Assembly (NCBI GenBank): GCA_965200995.1 | Contig: OZ241743.1 | Direction: 5' to 3' (one strand) | Length of the DNA stretch: 64,000 nt | DNA from: Mucilaginibacter sp. | GTDB taxonomy: Bacteria; Bacteroidota; Bacteroidia; Sphingobacteriales; Sphingobacteriaceae | In this document: positions 1-7,579 of the stretch, piece after piece | How positions within the stretch are numbered: the stretch's first letter is position 1 | Layout of the letters: every line of letters begins with the position of its first letter | Translations under genes and position numbers: made by a program | The notes under the pieces: generated by a model | Database searches by the model: none | What the model saw: only the letters and a program-made list of their open reading frames with translations | Told to the model about the DNA's origin: nothing

Positions 1-452
1 AAGTCTTTACGGGTAAAATCGGTAGGTACTATGTCGCCATCCAGATAAATGGCTTCTTTGGGGCAGGCTTCCTCGCACAAGCCGCAAAAAATGCAGCGCA
101 GCATATTTATCTCATATACAGCAGCATATTTTTCTTCGCGGTATAAGTTTTCCTCACCCTTTTGGCGCTCGGCTGCCTGCATGGTAATGGCTTCGGCCGG
201 GCAGGATAAGGCACACAGGCCACAGGCGGTACAACGCTCGCGTCCCTGCTCATCACGTTTCAGCGAGTGCAGGCCACGATAGTTTTCTGAAAATTCGCGC
301 TTTTCTTCGGGGTAACGGATGGTTACTTCTTTTTTAAAGAAGTGCTTCATGGTAATGCTTAATCCCTGGGCAATGGCCGGCAGGTAAGCTTTCTCCCAAA
401 AGTTGAGCGGCTTGGCTTCTAATACTTTTCGCTTATTACTTAATGGTTCCAT
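1..452 (-). CDS. nuoI: NADH-quinone oxidoreductase subunit I (2x[4Fe-4S] ferredoxin type); C-terminal part runs off the left window edge
   Basis: Own translation of the minus strand from ATG (rc of 450-452): MEPLSNKRKVLEAKPLNFWEKAYLPAIAQGLSITMKHFFKK... It has two CxxCxxCxxxCP motifs (CTACGLCALSCP, CIFCGLCEEACP) and lies 8 nt after nuoH in nuoA-I order. It is absent from the ORF track because there is no in-window stop. Confidence 0.9.
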   Translation of the reverse strand, partial: MEPLSNKRKVLEAKPLNFWEKAYLPAIAQGLSITMKHFFKKEVTIRYPEEKREFSENYRGLHSLKRDEQGRERCTACGLCALSCPAEAITMQAAERQKGEENLYREEKYAAVYEINMLRCIFCGLCEEACPKEAIYLDGDIVPTDFTRKD

Positions 453-460
453 GTAAAAAT

Positions 461-1522
461 TTAGTGCGTAAATTGTTTAATCACTGTGATTACCACACCG
501 GTAAGCACAATGTTGGCAATAGCCAATGGGATCAGCGTACGCCAGCCCAAGTTCATCAGCTGGTCATAACGGAAACGCGGGATGGTCCAGCGTATCCACA
601 TAAAAAAAAAGATAAAGGCGAATATTTTGACAAACAGCAATACTACGCCCAAAATAGCGCCTAAGTTAGGGCCGATGTGTGCGGCCACCCAATCCATAAA
701 CGGATAATTATAACCTCCAAAATATAGCGTAGCCATTACTGCCGAGGATACGAACATGTTGATGTATTCGGCAAACAGGTAAAAGCCAAGTTTCATAGAG
801 GAATATTCGGTATGATAACCACCTACCAGCTCAGTTTCGCATTCAGGCAAATCGAACGGGGTACGGTTGGTTTCGGCAAAGGCACAAACGATAAAGATGA
901 GGAAGCCCAGCGGCTGCTTAAAGAAGTTCCAGGTAAACCAGCCATCATTCCAAAAGCCATGCTGCTGCTCGGCTATACTGCGTAAGCTTAAAGTACCGGT
1001 TACCATTAGCAGGGCAATAATAGACAAACCCATGGATACTTCGTAGCTGATATTTTGTGATGCAGCGCGGATAGCACCCAGCAAAGAATATTTATTATTG
1101 GAAGCCCAGCCGCCAATCATTACACCATATACACCTAACGATACCACACCAAAGATATACAGGATGCCTACATTAATATCAGTAACCTGTAAATCAACCG
1201 TATGGCCGCCTACTAGCAGCTTTTGCCCCCACGGAATAACCGCCGAGCCGATACAGGCTGTTAATATCGCCAGCGATGGGCCAACTACGAATAAAAATCC
1301 GCTGGCCTTAGTGGGGATAATTTCTTCCTTCATGAACATTTTTACCCCATCAGCTAATGGCTGCAAAAATCCGCCCGGACCGGCGCGGTTAGGGCCTACC
1401 CTATCCTGAAAGAAAGCCGCGATTTTACGCTCGGCATAGGTAGAGTACATGGCTACCACGAGGCTGATCAGGAAGATAACCACGATTAAGCCGGTTTTAA
1501 TCAATAATTCTGCAATTTCCAT
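461..1522 (-). CDS. nuoH: NADH-quinone oxidoreductase subunit H (ND1 homologue)
   Basis: 353-aa polytopic membrane protein. Signature stretches are GPGGFLQPLADGVKMFMKEEI and ETNRTPFDLPECETELVGGYHTEYS. It shares 1 nt with the nuoG stop. Confidence 0.95.
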   Translation of the reverse strand: MEIAELLIKTGLIVVIFLISLVVAMYSTYAERKIAAFFQDRVGPNRAGPGGFLQPLADGVKMFMKEEIIPTKASGFLFVVGPSLAILTACIGSAVIPWGQKLLVGGHTVDLQVTDINVGILYIFGVVSLGVYGVMIGGWASNNKYSLLGAIRAASQNISYEVSMGLSIIALLMVTGTLSLRSIAEQQHGFWNDGWFTWNFFKQPLGFLIFIVCAFAETNRTPFDLPECETELVGGYHTEYSSMKLGFYLFAEYINMFVSSAVMATLYFGGYNYPFMDWVAAHIGPNLGAILGVVLLFVKIFAFIFFFMWIRWTIPRFRYDQLMNLGWRTLIPLAIANIVLTGVVITVIKQFTH

Positions 1523-2514
1523 TATAAGCGGGTTTCCCTTTCAAACTGTTCTTTATTGGCTTCCTGTAATACCGGGTTGGTTTTTACCACCGGCAGCGGA
1601 CGCATGCTTTCGTAATGATTGGCGCTGATTACCGATTGATTAGAAATCTTCTTTGGCCCTTCAATTACCCAGTCAGCCGTTTTCTTTTTATCGAAGCGGC
1701 AGGTGTTACAGATAAATTCTTCTACCTCGCCATACTGGTCCTTGCGGCCCGTTACACGTAACACATCCTCTCCTTTGTACCACAGGGTTACCTTACCGCA
1801 GCACTTATCGCAATCGCGGTGCGCCTCAACTGGCTTGGTAAACCATACGCGGTTTTTAAAGCGGAAGGTTTTATCGGTTAATGCGCCTACCGGGCAAACG
1901 TCGATAACGTTGCCCGAAAAATCGTTATCAATAGCTTTGGAGATGTAAGTAGATATCTCGGCATGGTCGCCACGGTTCAATATGCCGTGCACACGCTGGT
2001 TGGTAATCTGATCGGCGGTAAATACGCAGCGATAGCATAAGATACAGCGCGTCATGTGCAGTTGTATCTTATCGCCTAAATCCACTTTCTCGAAAGTACG
2101 GCGGTCAAACTCATAACGGGTTTTGGCCGCACCGTGCTCAAAGCCCAAATCCTGCAGGCTGCACTCGCCGGCCTGGTCGCAAACAGGACAATCCAGCGGG
2201 TGATTGATGAGCAGCATTTCTACCACGCCTTTACGTGCTTCGCGCACTTCTGGCGAGGTTATATTTTCCACCTCCATACCGTCCATCACCGTGGTGCGGC
2301 ACGAAGCCACCAGCTTGGGCATAGGGCGCGGATCTTTTTCAGAACCTTTGCTCACCTTTACCAAACAGGTGCGGCATTTACCACCGCTGCCTTCAAGCTT
2401 GGAATAATAGCACATGGCCGGCGGAACAATATCCCCACCTATCTGCCTTGCGGCATTAAGGATGGATGTTCCGGGTTCAACGTCAACGGGTATTCCGTCT
2501 ATGGTTACTTTCAT
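1522..2514 (-). CDS. nuoG: NADH-quinone oxidoreductase subunit G, short form (Fe-S domains only)
   Basis: 330 aa. N-terminal 2Fe-2S pattern CYYSKLEGSGGKCRTCLV, followed by HPLDCPVCDQAGEC and CILCYRCV cluster motifs. It lacks the molybdopterin-like C-terminal domain. Confidence 0.9.
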   Translation of the reverse strand: MKVTIDGIPVDVEPGTSILNAARQIGGDIVPPAMCYYSKLEGSGGKCRTCLVKVSKGSEKDPRPMPKLVASCRTTVMDGMEVENITSPEVREARKGVVEMLLINHPLDCPVCDQAGECSLQDLGFEHGAAKTRYEFDRRTFEKVDLGDKIQLHMTRCILCYRCVFTADQITNQRVHGILNRGDHAEISTYISKAIDNDFSGNVIDVCPVGALTDKTFRFKNRVWFTKPVEAHRDCDKCCGKVTLWYKGEDVLRVTGRKDQYGEVEEFICNTCRFDKKKTADWVIEGPKKISNQSVISANHYESMRPLPVVKTNPVLQEANKEQFERETRL

Positions 2515-2553
2515 TATATTTTAAGTAAAACTTAAAAATTCAATTCTTGAACT

Positions 2554-2647
2554 CGTCATTGCGAGGAACGAAGCAATCCTCGATAAGCAAGTCTGATTTG
2601 TATGACAGCTCTTAATGTCAAGGATTGCTTCGTACCTCGCAATGACG
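2554..2647. repeat. REP/MITE-like long palindromic element, copy A (27-nt arms, 40-nt loop) in the nuoF-nuoG spacer
   Basis: Left arm cgtcattgcgaggaacgaagcaatcct (2554-2580). The right arm 2621-2647 is its reverse complement with 1 mismatch. The same core (cattgcgagNaacgaagcaatc / gcttcgttcctcgcaatg) recurs at 49820-49904 and 51875-51962. Confidence 0.85.
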
Positions 2648-2657
2648 CTTTGTAACA

Positions 2658-4016
2658 TCAAGCTAACTCAGCATTCACCAACGGATCAGCGTAATGCGCT
2701 AATCCGTAATTACGGCTTACTGCCTCTGCCCCATTCGTTACATGCCATTCAAACTCATCCCTAAAGTGGCGTATGGCACTGGCTACCGGCCAGGCTGCCG
2801 CATCGCCCAGCGGACAAATGGTGTTACCTTCAATTTTTTTAGATACATCTACCAATAAATCCATATCGCTTAAACGACCATGACCGTGCTCCAGGCGGTG
2901 CAATACTTTTTCCATCCAGCCGGTACCTTCGCGGCAGGGCGAGCATTGTCCGCAGCTTTCGTGGTGGTAGAAACGGGTAAAGTTCCAGGTGTTGCGCACA
3001 ATACACTGGTCTTCATCAAACGCTATAAAACCGCCCGAACCCATCATGGTACCGGTAGCAAAGCCACCATCGGCCAATGATTCGTAGCTCATCAAACGGG
3101 CTTCATTATTAATGGTTTTGGTAATGAGGTTAGCCGGTAAGATAGGTACCGATGAACCGCCGGCCACAACAGCTTTAAGGCGCTTACCATTGGCAATACC
3201 GCCACAGTATTCATCAGAATAAATAAATTCCTCAACGGGAACGCCCAAGTCAATTTCATACACACCCGGTTTCTTCAGGTTACCGCCTGCCGAAATCAAC
3301 TTTGTACCGGTACTGCGGCCGATACCGATTTTTGCGTATTCCTCTCCGCCATCATTGATGATCGGCACCGTGGCGGCAATGGATTCTACATTGTTCACCA
3401 CCGTTGGGCAGCCCCACAAACCGGCAATAGCCGGAAACGGCGGCTTAATGCGCGGGTTACCGCGCTTGCCTTCCAGTGATTCAATAAGGGCGGTTTCTTC
3501 GCCGCAGATGTAAGCGCCGCCGCCCGGCTGCACATACAGTTCCAAATCGAAACCGGTGCCTAAAATATTTTTACCTAAAAAGCCGGCTGCCTTCGCTTCG
3601 GCAATGGCTTTTTCTAAGATGCGTATCTGCGGCATCATTTCGCCGCGTACATAGATGTAAGAAGTTTTGGCACCCAGGGCATAACTGCCCACAATCATGC
3701 CCTCTATCAGCAAGTGAGGAATGTGGGTCATCAGGTAGCGGTCCTTAAACGTACCGGGTTCCGATTCATCCGCATTGCACACCAGGTAACGTGGCACACC
3801 TTCGGGCTTGGCCAGAAAGCTCCACTTCATGCCGGTAGGGAACCCCGCACCGCCACGACCGCGTAAACCCGACTTCTTTACCTCTTCCACCACATCTTCG
3901 GGAGAAAGGGTTTTCAATGCTTTTTCTACCGCAGCATAACCACCTTTAGAGCGATAAACATCAAAGGTATTGATGCCGGGTACATTAATATGTTGTAGTA
4001 ATAGCTTGCGACCCAT
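2658..4016 (-). CDS. nuoF: NADH-quinone oxidoreductase subunit F (NADH/FMN binding)
   Basis: 452 aa. Contains GRGGAGFPTGMKW, the GGGAYICGEETAL FMN-site motif and the ESCGQCSPCREG 4Fe-4S motif. Confidence 0.97.
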   Translation of the reverse strand: MGRKLLLQHINVPGINTFDVYRSKGGYAAVEKALKTLSPEDVVEEVKKSGLRGRGGAGFPTGMKWSFLAKPEGVPRYLVCNADESEPGTFKDRYLMTHIPHLLIEGMIVGSYALGAKTSYIYVRGEMMPQIRILEKAIAEAKAAGFLGKNILGTGFDLELYVQPGGGAYICGEETALIESLEGKRGNPRIKPPFPAIAGLWGCPTVVNNVESIAATVPIINDGGEEYAKIGIGRSTGTKLISAGGNLKKPGVYEIDLGVPVEEFIYSDEYCGGIANGKRLKAVVAGGSSVPILPANLITKTINNEARLMSYESLADGGFATGTMMGSGGFIAFDEDQCIVRNTWNFTRFYHHESCGQCSPCREGTGWMEKVLHRLEHGHGRLSDMDLLVDVSKKIEGNTICPLGDAAAWPVASAIRHFRDEFEWHVTNGAEAVSRNYGLAHYADPLVNAELA

Positions 4017-4021
4017 TACGG

Positions 4022-4204
4022 TTAATATATTTTACCGGTTAATTTAAATACGGCAATATGATTTGTAATACAGTTGATAAAAATTTGCACGGTCATCAAA
4101 CCGGCAATTAAACTTAAATGGTGCTCATCATTTAATAAAAAGAACAATAACACACCTACAACAAAAGCAACATCCCAACTTACCAATGTGCTTTTGCTTT
4201 TCAT
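4022..4204 (-). CDS. Hypothetical 60-aa two-helix membrane microprotein embedded in the nuo operon
   Basis: The ORF exactly fills the nuoE-nuoF gap: nuoE TAA, 1 nt, ATG; then its own TAA, 5 nt, nuoF ATG. Two hydrophobic segments (VAFVVGVLLFFLL, LSLIAGLMTVQIFI). It is AT-richer than its neighbours and I recognise no homology. Confidence 0.45.
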   Translation of the reverse strand: MKSKSTLVSWDVAFVVGVLLFFLLNDEHHLSLIAGLMTVQIFINCITNHIAVFKLTGKIY

Positions 4205-4205
4205 T

Positions 4206-4736
4206 TTAGTTATTTGCCTTTGCTTTTAAATCGCCAATCAAACGGTCAACCGATTCCGGTGTCAAATTCTCGTAGAAAGTATATTCCGGGCCAATTTGCA
4301 ACACCGGGCCAAAGCCACAGGCAGCCAGGCACTCTACTCCCCTCCAGCTAAATAAGCCATCGGGCGTAACATCACCTTCTTTAACACCTAACTTTTGCTC
4401 AATATGGTCCATTATCTTTTCTGCACCCACCAGGCAACAGGGGCCGGTACGGCAAACTTCGAGCATATATTTGCCCTGCGGCTTTAAAAAATACATGGTA
4501 TAAAAAGTGGCAACCTCGTATACTTCAATAGGTTCTATCTTCAGATACCCGGCAACCTTGTCCATCGCAGCGCTGCTCAGCCAGCCCAATTCGGCCTGCA
4601 CATCGTGCAATATGGGCAGCAGCGCTCCTTTTTGCTTTCCTTCAGGATAACGGCTTACTTTATCGGCAAATTTTTCGAGCAAAGCCGGTGAAAATGTTAC
4701 CGGGGTTTGCACTGCGGTATCTTCAACTCTAAGCAT
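4206..4736 (-). CDS. nuoE: NADH-quinone oxidoreductase subunit E (thioredoxin-like 2Fe-2S)
   Basis: 176 aa. Cys pattern CRTGPCC ... ECLAACGFGP typical of NuoE/24 kDa subunit. Overlaps nuoD by 8 nt. Confidence 0.95.
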   Translation of the reverse strand: MLRVEDTAVQTPVTFSPALLEKFADKVSRYPEGKQKGALLPILHDVQAELGWLSSAAMDKVAGYLKIEPIEVYEVATFYTMYFLKPQGKYMLEVCRTGPCCLVGAEKIMDHIEQKLGVKEGDVTPDGLFSWRGVECLAACGFGPVLQIGPEYTFYENLTPESVDRLIGDLKAKANN

Positions 4737-5946
4737 CTAACTCTCCGGCTATAACGTTTAAGCTACTCATGTTAATAATGGCATCACTCAGCACCATGCC
4801 TCGGCTCATTGGCGCATACATGCTGTAATTGATAAAACTCGGGCGGCGGAAGTGCAACCTATAAGGACTACGGCCACCATCGTTCACCAGATAAAAGCCC
4901 AGTTCACCGTTGGCACCTTCCACACTGTGGTACACTTCGCCCACCGGTGTTTCAATTTCGCCCATCACAATCTTAAAGTGATAAATCAGGGCTTCCATAT
5001 TGTTATATACCTCTTCCTTGGGCGGCAGGTAATATTCCGGCACATCGCCGTGGAAGATGGTTGGGTCTTCTTTATCAATTTTAGCCAAAGCCTGCTCAAT
5101 GATGCGCATACTCTGCCACATTTCCTCGTTACGTACCAGAAAACGATCGTACACATCGCCGGTGGTACCTACAGGCACTTCAAAATCAAAATCCTCATAA
5201 GAGCAATAGGGGTTCATGGAGCGCACATCATAATCTACGCCGGTTGCCCGCAGGATGGGGCCACTCCAGCTGTAGCTTAATGCCGTTTCGGGCGTAACCG
5301 GGGCTACACCTTTTGTACGGTCCATAAAGATACGGTTGCGGTTGAAAAGGCTTTCAAATTCCTTCAACACTTTTGGGAACTCGTCTAAAAACTTACGGGT
5401 CTTGGCGAAAGCAATCTCATTAAAATTACGCTCAAAGCCGCCAATACGGCCAATGTTGGTGGTGAGGCGTGAGCCGCAAACTTCCTCATAAATTTCATAG
5501 ATGGCCTCGCGGTATTCCATCATGTACAGGAAGCCGGTAAAGGCCCCCGTATCCACACCCAATACTCCATTACAAATGATATGGTCGGCAATGCGGGCCA
5601 GTTCCATCACCAACACGCGCAGGTAATCTACCCGCTTTGGGGTTTGTATCTGCAGCAGCTTTTCTACCGTGGTATGCCAGCCCATATTATTTATGGGTGA
5701 TGAACAATAGTTCATCCGGTCAGTCAACGGCGTAATTTGATAGAACGGCCGGTGCTCGGCAATTTTTTCAAAAGCACGGTGGATGTAGCCAATGGTGGAT
5801 ACACCGCTTACAATGCGCTCGCCATCCAGCTGCAGCACATTCTGAAAAACACCATGTGTAGCCGGATGCGTTGGCCCTAAATTAAGGGTCGACAGCTCAG
5901 TCTGCACATCGGTATCTGTATATTGTATAGCAGGAATAGTTTGCAT
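4729..5946 (-). CDS. nuoD: NADH-quinone oxidoreductase subunit D (49 kDa)
   Basis: 405 aa. Begins LNLGPTHPATHGV and ends RLHFRRPSFINYS...IAGELDA, as in the NuoD family. Operon position agrees. Confidence 0.97.
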   Translation of the reverse strand: MQTIPAIQYTDTDVQTELSTLNLGPTHPATHGVFQNVLQLDGERIVSGVSTIGYIHRAFEKIAEHRPFYQITPLTDRMNYCSSPINNMGWHTTVEKLLQIQTPKRVDYLRVLVMELARIADHIICNGVLGVDTGAFTGFLYMMEYREAIYEIYEEVCGSRLTTNIGRIGGFERNFNEIAFAKTRKFLDEFPKVLKEFESLFNRNRIFMDRTKGVAPVTPETALSYSWSGPILRATGVDYDVRSMNPYCSYEDFDFEVPVGTTGDVYDRFLVRNEEMWQSMRIIEQALAKIDKEDPTIFHGDVPEYYLPPKEEVYNNMEALIYHFKIVMGEIETPVGEVYHSVEGANGELGFYLVNDGGRSPYRLHFRRPSFINYSMYAPMSRGMVLSDAIINMSSLNVIAGELDA

Positions 5947-5949
5947 ACG

Positions 5950-6453
5950 TTATCTTCCGAAATAATAATCTTTCTTGTCTATACGGTTCGGGTCTTCCAG
6001 CGGATACTCCTTACGCATCGGGAATACGGTCATGTCATCCACATTCAGTATCCGGCGTAAATCGGGGTGGCCGTCAAAGATAATGCCGAAAAAGTCGTAA
6101 GTTTCGCGTTCCATCCAGTTGGCAGCCTCCCACAATACAGTAGCAGTAGGGATATGCGGATTTTCGCCTTCCAGAAACACCTTTATGCGGATACGAAAAT
6201 TATGCACCAGGCTATGCACATGGTATATCATACCAATCGGCAGTTCCCTTTCCGGGTAATGAATACCGGTCAAATCTGTCAGATAGATAAATTGCAGCTC
6301 CGGGTCATTCTTCAGAAAGCTAAGCAGATCAATTATCGTTTCTTTACCTGTTTCAACAGTTAATAAACCGTAAGGCTGTGTGGGGCTGGTAATCTTATCG
6401 CCAAACTGTGCCTCGATACGCTGCAGTACTTCTTCGTTATTCAACTTTCCCAT
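5950..6453 (-). CDS. nuoC: NADH-quinone oxidoreductase subunit C (30 kDa)
   Basis: 167 aa. Contains WMERETYDFFGIIFDGHPDLRRIL, the NuoC signature. Confidence 0.95.
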   Translation of the reverse strand: MGKLNNEEVLQRIEAQFGDKITSPTQPYGLLTVETGKETIIDLLSFLKNDPELQFIYLTDLTGIHYPERELPIGMIYHVHSLVHNFRIRIKVFLEGENPHIPTATVLWEAANWMERETYDFFGIIFDGHPDLRRILNVDDMTVFPMRKEYPLEDPNRIDKKDYYFGR

Positions 6454-6996
6454 TTACAGTATTCCATATTGCGCCATCAGTTTCTGATACTCGGGCGAAT
6501 CCCTGCGGCGCAGCGTTTCCGTTTGTACCAGTTTCTGAATGTTTATAAAACCGTCAATAATGCCTTCGGGGCGCGGCGGGCAACCGGGCACATATACATC
6601 TACCGGAATAATTTCATCAATACCCTGCAACACCGAATAGGTATCAAAGATGCCGCCGCTTGTGGCACAGGCACCTACCGCCATTACCCAGCGCGGCTCT
6701 GCCATTTGCAGGTATACCTGGCGCAGTACCGGAGCCATCTTTTTAGATATGGTGCCCATTACCATCAGCAAATCGGCCTGGCGGGGCGAAAAGCTTAACC
6801 GCTCGGCACCAAAACGCGATAAATCATAATGCGAACCCATGGTAGCCATAAACTCAATGCCACAGCATGAGGTAGCAAAAGGTAGTGGCCATAAAGAATG
6901 TGAGCGCGCTAACCCAACAGCTTTATCTAAACTTGTAGCAAAAAATCCTGATCCTTCTACGCCCGGAGGCGCGTTAACTATCTGAACATCACTCAT
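6454..6996 (-). CDS. nuoB: NADH-quinone oxidoreductase subunit B (N2 cluster)
   Basis: 180 aa. Contains SCCGIEFMA, GACATSGG and VPGCPPRPE motifs. Confidence 0.97.
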   Translation of the reverse strand: MSDVQIVNAPPGVEGSGFFATSLDKAVGLARSHSLWPLPFATSCCGIEFMATMGSHYDLSRFGAERLSFSPRQADLLMVMGTISKKMAPVLRQVYLQMAEPRWVMAVGACATSGGIFDTYSVLQGIDEIIPVDVYVPGCPPRPEGIIDGFINIQKLVQTETLRRRDSPEYQKLMAQYGIL

Positions 6997-7123
6997 GAAA
7001 ACTCCTTAAAACAAGCAACTCATCCACTGAATGAGGATGAGTGCAAATTTACAAATTTATAACGTTGTAAATGCGGCTGTATGATGCCTGCTGATATATT
7101 TAGAATCAATCTAAACACAAGGT

Positions 7124-7495
7124 TTAGTCCCAGTCCAATGCTCCCTTTTTAAGGATATAAATAAATCCTAACAGCAAAGTAGCCATAAATATCAGCATTT
7201 CAACCAAGCCGCCTACGCCCATCTGTTTAAAGTTTACTGCCCAGGGGTACATAAAAATCACTTCTACATCAAACAGCACAAATAAAATGGCTACCAGGAA
7301 GTATTTGATAGATACTGGTGTACGGGCATTACCCACCACTTCTATACCCGACTCAAAAGGGGTCAATTTATCTTTGGTATGGCGTTTCGGGCCCAGTTTA
7401 TGGGTGAAAAACATAGTAGTTACTACAAACCCGATCGCCACCAGCATCTGTATAATAATAGGCAAAAAGTTTACCGGTAAGCTTTGCAATTCCAT
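7124..7495 (-). CDS. nuoA: NADH-quinone oxidoreductase subunit A
   Basis: Three-helix membrane protein with ...PFESGIEVVGNARTPVSIKYFLVAILFVLFDVEVIFMYPW. The ORF track starts at 7513, but a TATATTTG -7 box covers 7501-7508, so I prefer the ATG at 7495 (MELQSL...). Confidence 0.88.
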   Translation of the reverse strand: MELQSLPVNFLPIIIQMLVAIGFVVTTMFFTHKLGPKRHTKDKLTPFESGIEVVGNARTPVSIKYFLVAILFVLFDVEVIFMYPWAVNFKQMGVGGLVEMLIFMATLLLGFIYILKKGALDWD

Positions 7496-7500
7496 AGGCG

Positions 7501-7530
7501 CAAATATACACATTGATGGTAAATAACAAA
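7501..7530 (-). promoter_or_regulatory. Putative Bacteroidota-type promoter of the nuo operon (TTTG-N18-TATATTTG)
   Basis: The minus strand reads TTTG (rc of 7527-7530), an 18-nt spacer, TATATTTG (rc of 7501-7508), then 5 nt to the ATG at 7495. This matches the published -33 TTTG / -7 TAnnTTTG consensus. The -33 box lies inside the upstream terminator stem. Confidence 0.5.
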
Positions 7531-7558
7531 GGCTCCTGCATATGCAGGAGCCTTTGTT
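7525..7558 (-). terminator. Hairpin terminator ending the TonB/TPR operon
   Basis: aacaaaggctcctgca tat gcaggagcctttgtt is a nearly perfect palindrome with a GC-rich core. It lies 21 nt after the TPR gene stop. Confidence 0.7.
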
Positions 7559-7579
7559 AGTAAAGTAGTTACTGTTTAG

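Noticed and set aside
7496-7513. Longer nuoA start (MCIFAP...)
   Set aside because: The TATATTTG -7 box lies within these codons, so the downstream ATG at 7495 fits the promoter geometry.
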